From contig CAZTXB010000007.1 of assembly GCA_964617955.1 (NCBI GenBank), positions 89,085 to 153,084 on the forward strand: DNA of 64,000 nt. The letters are read 5' to 3'. This stretch comes from an uncultured Chitinophaga sp. Its GTDB lineage: Bacteria; Bacteroidota; Bacteroidia; NS11-12g; UBA9320. A program made the position numbers and the translations under genes. The notes below the pieces were generated by a model that worked only from the letters and a program-made list of their open reading frames with translations, searched no databases and was not told the DNA's origin. Shown here piece by piece: positions 57,781 through 64,000 of this stretch (the first letter of the stretch is position 1; the number at the start of each line of letters is the position of its first letter).

Positions 57781-59628
57781 ATGTGTGGAATAGCTGGTCT
57801 TATTAATTTTGATTCGAATGAGGCGAGTTTGATCATTCAAGACATGGTCGCCGTGCAGGAACATAGAGGTCCTGATGCTAAGGCTATTTGGGCTGATGAT
57901 TTGGCAGCCTTGGGGCACAACCGATTAGCCATTATAGACCTGGACGAAAGAGCCGGTCAGCCAATGCATTCCAGTGATGGTAGGTACATCATGGTTTTTA
58001 ACGGCGAAATCTATAACTACGTCAAGTTAAGAAATGAATTCGGGCCATTTAGCTGGAGAACAAGCTCTGATTCGGAGGTGTTATTGGAAGGCTATGCCAA
58101 ATATGGGCCTTCGTACCTTCATCGGCTGAATGGTATGTTTTCTCTTGCAATTTGGGATAAGCAGAACATGAAATTGTTTGTAGCCAGAGACCGCATGGGA
58201 AAGAAACCATTCTATTATGCAATCAGCAAAGGTAGATTTCTCTTCGCGTCCGAACTCAGGACTATTTTAAAAACAAAGACCCTTCCAATTAAAATTAATC
58301 TGCAAAGCGCTCATGATTTTCTTAGATTTCAGTGGGTACAGAGTCCATTTACAATAATTGAAGACATTTACTGTTTACCGGCAGGACATTATGGAACTTG
58401 GGAAACTGGCAATTTCGCCACCCACTCTTGGTGGGACCTCCATCGGTTTGAAGCCGTTGAAGGCATAGTGGATGGAGATTTATCCCCATCGAGTCAAAAT
58501 GAAATTAAGCGCCTTTTTTTTAATGCGGTTGAAGAAAGATTAGTGAGTGATGTTCCAATTGGAGCTTTTCTTTCAGGCGGCATAGATTCGGGGATGGTGG
58601 TGGCGGCCATGTCAAAATTAAGTCGTGATAAGATCAATACCTTTACGCTTGGATTTGAGGAAAAACAGTATGATGAATCGGGATTTGCGGAACAAGTTGC
58701 AAAACGCTATGGTACCAATCATCAAACCTTGGTTTACTCGGCAGAAACCTTAAAAAACGAAATTCCCGAAATACTTGATACATTTGATACGCCAAGCGCC
58801 GATGGTATTAACTCCTACGTCATTTCAAGACTTGTTAGAAAGGCAGGAATGACTGTCGCTTTATCAGGCCTTGGAGGCGATGAACTTTTTTGCGGATATC
58901 CTGTATTTAAACAAATACCTGTTTTACAAAATTATGCCGCATTTTGGCGCCTGCCACATACCACAAGGATTTCCATTTCGAAAGCGTTAATGAAAACCGG
59001 GGGCAGATGGGAAAAATTATCAAGAATAATAGCAGCCAAAGATGGGTCAAAGGAAAGCCTTTACCCTTTTTTTAGGGAAATTAATGGGAAACAACATACG
59101 GATAATTACATAACCGAGGCCTTTAACACTTCGTTATTTGAAGAGTATCTTTCTAAAGAAAGAAAAAGTTCGCTGATGAGTTGGCTCTCTGTTTCTGAAA
59201 TAAGCGGGTATACACAAAATGTGCTCCTAAAAGATACCGATATGTGCAGCATGGCAAATTCACTTGAAGTCAGGGTGCCTTTTTTCGATTATCGACTGGT
59301 TGAGTATGTCTTAGGATTGGCGGACAATATCAAAAATCCTCAGACTCCAAAAAAATTGCTCATTGATGCGATGAAAGGTGAATTGCCTGATGAGATAATA
59401 AATCGTCCAAAAATGGGGTTTGCCTTTCCATGGGATTTATGGATTAAAAAAGATTTAAAGCCATTTGTAGAAACTATTCTGGGGCAATCCAAAAATTATG
59501 ATTTTCTCAATTCAACAGCAATCCTAAAAGATTGGGATAATTATCTTAAAGGCGATAACTCAATAAGATGGTACAGAATTTGGAATTTGGTTTGTTTAAT
59601 TCACTGGATGGAATCTAATACTTCATAA
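57781..59628 (+). CDS. asnB: Second asparagine synthase-like amidotransferase
   Basis: MCGIAG, HRGPD, GHNRLAIID, LSGGIDS, GGDELFCGY, MANSLEVRVPF. Confidence 0.93.
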   Translation: MCGIAGLINFDSNEASLIIQDMVAVQEHRGPDAKAIWADDLAALGHNRLAIIDLDERAGQPMHSSDGRYIMVFNGEIYNYVKLRNEFGPFSWRTSSDSEVLLEGYAKYGPSYLHRLNGMFSLAIWDKQNMKLFVARDRMGKKPFYYAISKGRFLFASELRTILKTKTLPIKINLQSAHDFLRFQWVQSPFTIIEDIYCLPAGHYGTWETGNFATHSWWDLHRFEAVEGIVDGDLSPSSQNEIKRLFFNAVEERLVSDVPIGAFLSGGIDSGMVVAAMSKLSRDKINTFTLGFEEKQYDESGFAEQVAKRYGTNHQTLVYSAETLKNEIPEILDTFDTPSADGINSYVISRLVRKAGMTVALSGLGGDELFCGYPVFKQIPVLQNYAAFWRLPHTTRISISKALMKTGGRWEKLSRIIAAKDGSKESLYPFFREINGKQHTDNYITEAFNTSLFEEYLSKERKSSLMSWLSVSEISGYTQNVLLKDTDMCSMANSLEVRVPFFDYRLVEYVLGLADNIKNPQTPKKLLIDAMKGELPDEIINRPKMGFAFPWDLWIKKDLKPFVETILGQSKNYDFLNSTAILKDWDNYLKGDNSIRWYRIWNLVCLIHWMESNTS

Positions 59629-59685
59629 AAATAAATATGAACTGACTATAAGGTAAAATCAGTTTTAGTGATTTAAGAATACATT

Positions 59686-60846
59686 TTGAAAAGAATAATT
59701 ATCCTTTACGACTACTTTGACCCAGCTTTTATGGCTGGTGGAATCATTAAATCACTTAAGGATATTGTAGATAGTTTAAATAAATTTTTCCAATTCAAAG
59801 TGATGACCTCTGCATATGACTTAAAAGAAGCTCAACCTTTAAAAAATATAGAAATTAATACCTGGAAGAAGGAGAATAATTTTGAAATAATTTACCTTAC
59901 CAATAGCTTAAAGAATTACTTTACGCTTTGCAAAACAATTTTTTATCTAAGAAAAGAAACCTTTTACCTCAATGGAATTTATTCGTTCAAGTTTTTTATC
60001 TCACCTATACTCATTTTTCAAATTTTTAAAAAAAAGTCGGGTCTGATCATCGCGCCCAGAGGCATGGTTCAAATAGGGGCTCTGACATTGAAACGAAGAA
60101 AAAAAGAATTATACATCTCCTTTTTAAAAAAGTTGCCATTATTAAAACATGTCACCTGGCATGCTACCTCTGAGCAAGAAAAGAAGGATCTGATTGCAAC
60201 CTTTGGCTCAAGAATTATGAATAATATAGTGGTTGCTAAAAATATATCAAACATCGCTATCAAGGACTCTGCAACACCTTTAAAAAAACTTAACCACACA
60301 AATTTTATAACCATTTCATTAATTGTGGAAATGAAAAACCACATTCAGTTTCTTAAACAATTATTAAAATCAAACCCTGAATGGAACATCACCTATAATA
60401 TTTATGGCCCAATCAAGGATATAGCCTATTGGGATACCTGCTTAGAACTCATAAAACAGTTACCCGACAACATACAAGCAAAATACCATGGATTTTTAAA
60501 TCCAAAAGATCTCGACAAAGCGTTTGAACTCAACCACTTCTTCGTTTTACCCACCCTCGGAGAAAATTTCGGGCATGCCATACTCGAAGCTTTGAGCTAT
60601 GGTAAACCGGTAATTTTGAGCGATAAAACACCTTGGTCAGACATCAAAACCCGTGAATCGGGTTGGATTTGCAGTGACGATAAAGCCTTTTTTGATGCAC
60701 TCAAGGAAGCCGCGGAAATGGGAAACGAGGCTTACCAAATCATGAGTCGGAATGCACGCAATCATGCACGAGCCTTTATGGATAATTCGGATGGGATTGA
60801 AGCTTATACCAGACTATTTAACGAAAAAAATCTTTTTTCGGCATGA
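59686..60846 (+). CDS. GT4 glycosyltransferase
   Basis: AGG, APRG, HATS..E, LPTLGENFGHAILEALSYG.PV. Confidence 0.88.
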   Translation: MKRIIILYDYFDPAFMAGGIIKSLKDIVDSLNKFFQFKVMTSAYDLKEAQPLKNIEINTWKKENNFEIIYLTNSLKNYFTLCKTIFYLRKETFYLNGIYSFKFFISPILIFQIFKKKSGLIIAPRGMVQIGALTLKRRKKELYISFLKKLPLLKHVTWHATSEQEKKDLIATFGSRIMNNIVVAKNISNIAIKDSATPLKKLNHTNFITISLIVEMKNHIQFLKQLLKSNPEWNITYNIYGPIKDIAYWDTCLELIKQLPDNIQAKYHGFLNPKDLDKAFELNHFFVLPTLGENFGHAILEALSYGKPVILSDKTPWSDIKTRESGWICSDDKAFFDALKEAAEMGNEAYQIMSRNARNHARAFMDNSDGIEAYTRLFNEKNLFSA

Positions 60847-61910
60847 GGTGGATGGTGGTAGGCGCCTTTTCTAAATCCTTAAAAGGAGGAACCTCAAAAT
60901 TCTGTAACCTGCTCTTTGATGACTCTGTTCTCCATACTCATACCTTTTATCGCATTGATTCAACGCTGGATGTCATACCCAAAGACCTACCATTTATCAG
61001 AATGCTGAAATCTTTCATAAAATTCAGGAAATTTTTCTACGGCCTGTTTAGATTTCGAGCAGAAGGCGTTATGCTGTTTACAGGACATGGCATGGGTCTG
61101 ATGGAGAAATGCCTTATGCTATGCATAGCTAAATTGGCCGGTAAAAGAACCCTATTTTTTCCCCGATCCGGTTTGGTTATGGATTCCAATGTAGATAGGT
61201 GGATTTTGCGACGAGCGATGAGAATGGCTGATAAACTGGTCTGCCAGTCGGTATTTTGGCAGGATTATATGCACTCCCTGCATCCATCACTGGCCTATAA
61301 AACAGCGCTCATCTACAACGGAATCGATACGAGCGGTATCAATCTCTCTTCCCAAGAAACAATTGCTCACAGCCCTTTTCGCCTGCTTTTTGTAGGATGG
61401 CTCGAGCAGTATAAAGGATTGGGGGATTTGATGGAAGTAGTTAAAAAATTGAACGACTTAAGCCCTGGAGCCTTTGAATTGAATATTCTCGGAAAAGGAA
61501 GCATGGAAAATGAAATTTATCATTACAAACGACAATTTCCTCAAGCCAATATTCATTTGTTAGGATGGTTGAACGATGCGTCGAAAGACCAATATTTCAA
61601 AAGTGCCAATGTCTTGGTGCTCCCCTCCCATTTCGAAGGTTTTCCTAATGTCATACTCGAGGCCATGTACCATGGGCTCCCGGTGATTGCCTCTGATATC
61701 AGCTCCATGCCAGAGATACTGGATAACGGAAACTGCGGCCTCCTCTTCGAGGCAGGGAATCGGGAACAATTAAAAGCGGCTATTCTTAAGGTAAAAAACT
61801 CACCCGAAGATGCCCAAAAAAGAGCCCTGGCCGGCAAAATTCATGTAGCTCATAAATTTAACATCGATCAGTCACGCGAGCAATTACTAACCTTGCTCCA
61901 AACCCTTTAA
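60843..61910 (+). CDS. GT4 glycosyltransferase
   Basis: LFVGWL...KG, LPSHFEGFPNVILEAM..GLPVIAS. Confidence 0.9.
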   Translation: MRWMVVGAFSKSLKGGTSKFCNLLFDDSVLHTHTFYRIDSTLDVIPKDLPFIRMLKSFIKFRKFFYGLFRFRAEGVMLFTGHGMGLMEKCLMLCIAKLAGKRTLFFPRSGLVMDSNVDRWILRRAMRMADKLVCQSVFWQDYMHSLHPSLAYKTALIYNGIDTSGINLSSQETIAHSPFRLLFVGWLEQYKGLGDLMEVVKKLNDLSPGAFELNILGKGSMENEIYHYKRQFPQANIHLLGWLNDASKDQYFKSANVLVLPSHFEGFPNVILEAMYHGLPVIASDISSMPEILDNGNCGLLFEAGNREQLKAAILKVKNSPEDAQKRALAGKIHVAHKFNIDQSREQLLTLLQTL

Positions 61911-61939
61911 TATGTTTATTTAAATGTGAATACATTCCT

Positions 61940-61965
61940 TTGGCTAAAGCCAACGGCAATGGATG
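61940..61965. repeat. Degenerate solo REP-like unit related to the 8.7-9.4 kb array
   Basis: TTGGCTAAAGCCAACGGCAATGGATG vs TCGGTTAAAACCGACGGCAATGGATG; the stem changes are compensatory. Confidence 0.65.
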
Positions 61966-62063
61966 AGGCCATAACGATATATCCTTCTTCATTTCGCTAT
62001 CCAATACATTCATATTTTAAGACTTTCAATCCATGAAAATAAACCATTAAATGTTTATCGGCC

Positions 62064-62128
62064 AACCTTAACCTTAACCTTAACCTCAACCTCAACCTCA
62101 ACCTTAACCTCAACCTCAACCTCAACCT
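62064..62128 (+). repeat. (AACCTY)10 AACCT array abutting the carbamoyltransferase ATG
   Basis: AACCTT x3, AACCTC x3, AACCTT, AACCTC x3, AACCT, then ATG. Confidence 0.95.
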
Positions 62129-63853
62129 ATGTACATACTTGGCCTTAACGCCTACCATGCCGACTCCTCAGCTGCCATATTTAAAGATGGGGTACTCATA
62201 GCCGCTACCGAAGAAGAACGCTTCCGTAGGATAAAACATTGGGCCGGTTTTCCTTCCATGGCCATTGAATTTTGTCTGGGAGAAGCCGGCATTTCATTAG
62301 ATCAGGTTGATCACATTTGTATAGGGCGCAACCCTAGGGCCAAACTGTGGAACAAGTTTAAGTTTGTCGCCTCCAACGTCTTTGACATCCAAGACCTTCT
62401 TAAACAGCGGCTTCTCAATTCAAGAAAAGTTGCCAGTCTGGAACAAGAATTTGCCCTGCTGAGTGGCCTTGATGAAGTGTTCATCAAATCAAAGATAAGG
62501 CCTATAGAACACCATCGTAGCCATTTGGCCTCAGCTTTTTATGCCTCTCCCTTTGAACAATCTGCAATTTTATCCATCGACGGCTCCGGCGATTTCAGCA
62601 CCACCATGTTGGCGGTTGGAAATGGAAGCCATATAGAGGTACTCGACTCCCTTGATTTTCCGGTCAGTGCCGGTTTATTTTACACTGCATTTACTCAGTT
62701 TCTAGGATTTCCGCACTACGGCGATGAATATAAGGTGATGGGATTGGCACCTTATGGTGAACCGATATTCACAGAGGACATCAAAAAAATGATTCACTTT
62801 GAGCCCAATGGGCTATTCAGTTGGAACTCCACTTTTTTTGCCAAGCCTAACCACATCAAACTGGATTACTCTACCCATGTACCCCAAATATCTCAATTGT
62901 TCTCATCTCGCTTCGAAGAATTCTTTGGCCCTGCCAGGCAAGCCTCTGCACCTCTGGAACAAAAACATAAGGATTTGGCGGCAAGCGTTCAAAAGGTGTG
63001 TGAGGAGCTCATTTTACATATTTTAAAGCATTTGCATCAACGTACAGGTCTCACCAATATATGTGTTGCAGGTGGAGTGGCTCAGAACTCGGTAGCGAAT
63101 GGCAAAATATTGGAACATACGCCTTTCGAAAACCTGTATATCCCTTCAGCCGGTCATGATGCAGGTATAAGTATGGGTTCAGCCATGTACCATTACCATC
63201 ACAACCTGGGCAATGCTAGGGTTGAGCCTATCTTTTCGGCTTACACGGGCAGCCAGTTTGATAACGATGGCATAGAGCATTTCTTAAAAGAAAAAGGGGT
63301 GAAATACGAAAAGCTTGGTGACGAAGAACTGTTCGATCGCATAAGCGACAAACTCATGGAGCCAGGGGTCGTGGGATGGTTTTCGGGGAGAGCCGAATTT
63401 GGACCACGGGCCCTTGGCGGAAGAAGTATATTGGCTGACCCCAGAAATGGACAAGCCAAAGAGCTGCTCAATTCCAAAATTAAAAGAAGAGAAAGTTTCA
63501 GGCCTTTTGCCCCAAGTATCTTAAAAGAATATGTCTCGGAATATTTTACCAAGGTAGAGGAGGTGCCATTTATGGAAAAGGTTTTCCCGATTAAGCCGGA
63601 GAAATACGCTGAAATACCTGCCGTTACCCATGTGGATGGCACTGGCAGACTTCAAACAGTCGACAAGAAAGTATCTCCTCGCTATCACGCCTTAATCGAA
63701 TGTTTTCGAAAAAAAACCGGAGTTCCCATTTTATTGAATACCTCGTTCAACGAAAATGAACCCATTGTAAACACCCCTGCAGAGGCCCTGGATTGTTTTT
63801 TAAGGACCCAAATGGACATGTTGGTACTGGAAAATTGTTTGATCGTTAGATAA
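62129..63853 (+). CDS. Carbamoyltransferase (NodU/CmcH family)
   Basis: ILGLNAYHADSSAA, EEERF.R.KH, EHHRSH, DGSGD, EYKVMGLAPYG, EFGPRALGGRSIL, LNTSFNENEPIV. Confidence 0.95.
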   Translation: MYILGLNAYHADSSAAIFKDGVLIAATEEERFRRIKHWAGFPSMAIEFCLGEAGISLDQVDHICIGRNPRAKLWNKFKFVASNVFDIQDLLKQRLLNSRKVASLEQEFALLSGLDEVFIKSKIRPIEHHRSHLASAFYASPFEQSAILSIDGSGDFSTTMLAVGNGSHIEVLDSLDFPVSAGLFYTAFTQFLGFPHYGDEYKVMGLAPYGEPIFTEDIKKMIHFEPNGLFSWNSTFFAKPNHIKLDYSTHVPQISQLFSSRFEEFFGPARQASAPLEQKHKDLAASVQKVCEELILHILKHLHQRTGLTNICVAGGVAQNSVANGKILEHTPFENLYIPSAGHDAGISMGSAMYHYHHNLGNARVEPIFSAYTGSQFDNDGIEHFLKEKGVKYEKLGDEELFDRISDKLMEPGVVGWFSGRAEFGPRALGGRSILADPRNGQAKELLNSKIKRRESFRPFAPSILKEYVSEYFTKVEEVPFMEKVFPIKPEKYAEIPAVTHVDGTGRLQTVDKKVSPRYHALIECFRKKTGVPILLNTSFNENEPIVNTPAEALDCFLRTQMDMLVLENCLIVR

Positions 63854-64000
63854 AATTGTGTCTCTAATATTTTAAGCAGCAATATATTAGGGTACCATCA
63901 TTTTTCAACTTTTTTAAGTCTATGCTCTTAAACCTATGCAAAATATTACTCCCAGTTCATTTAAGGTTCTATACAAGATTAAAAGAGTTTTTGCGAATTG

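Noticed and set aside
63922-64000. Start of the next CDS
   Set aside because: Two frames (ATG 63922 and ATG 63936) are open to the window edge; too short to choose or assign.

Overview
Bacteroidota-type chromosomal window; all main genes are on the + strand except one. Bases 1-12.9 kb hold a 5'-truncated multi-PKD T9SS type-B cargo with its PorP/SprF partner (carrying an unusual coiled-coil + SPOR-like tail), a proline dehydrogenase divergent from a DPP-IV, a BIME-like array of six alternating 27-bp palindromic REP-like units, and two POT peptide transporters. From 13.2 kb to the end is a Wzx/Wzy-type surface-polysaccharide locus of more than 50 kb (HTH regulator, upxY, wza, wzc, nucleotide-sugar enzymes, glycosyltransferases and many tailoring enzymes). 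The most unusual signal is a recurring cassette architecture at gene junctions in the first 10 kb of this locus. Three divergent four-helix-bundle (23S-IVP/Avd-like) genes and a VapC toxin-antitoxin pair are each bracketed by short tandem-repeat arms. A purine-rich arm follows or includes the upstream stop codon, and a complementary pyrimidine-rich arm lies just before the downstream start codon. The repeat unit differs between cassettes (7-mer, 6-mer, ~8-mer), and empty or orphan arms occur at 22.8 kb and 62.1 kb. Also notable: a ~305-bp duplication of the epimerase 3' end around the TA pair, a (YG)15YY Wzc tail, an Arn-like gene set, and a possible rod-shaped ncRNA. All assignments come from reading motifs by eye; no database searches were run.
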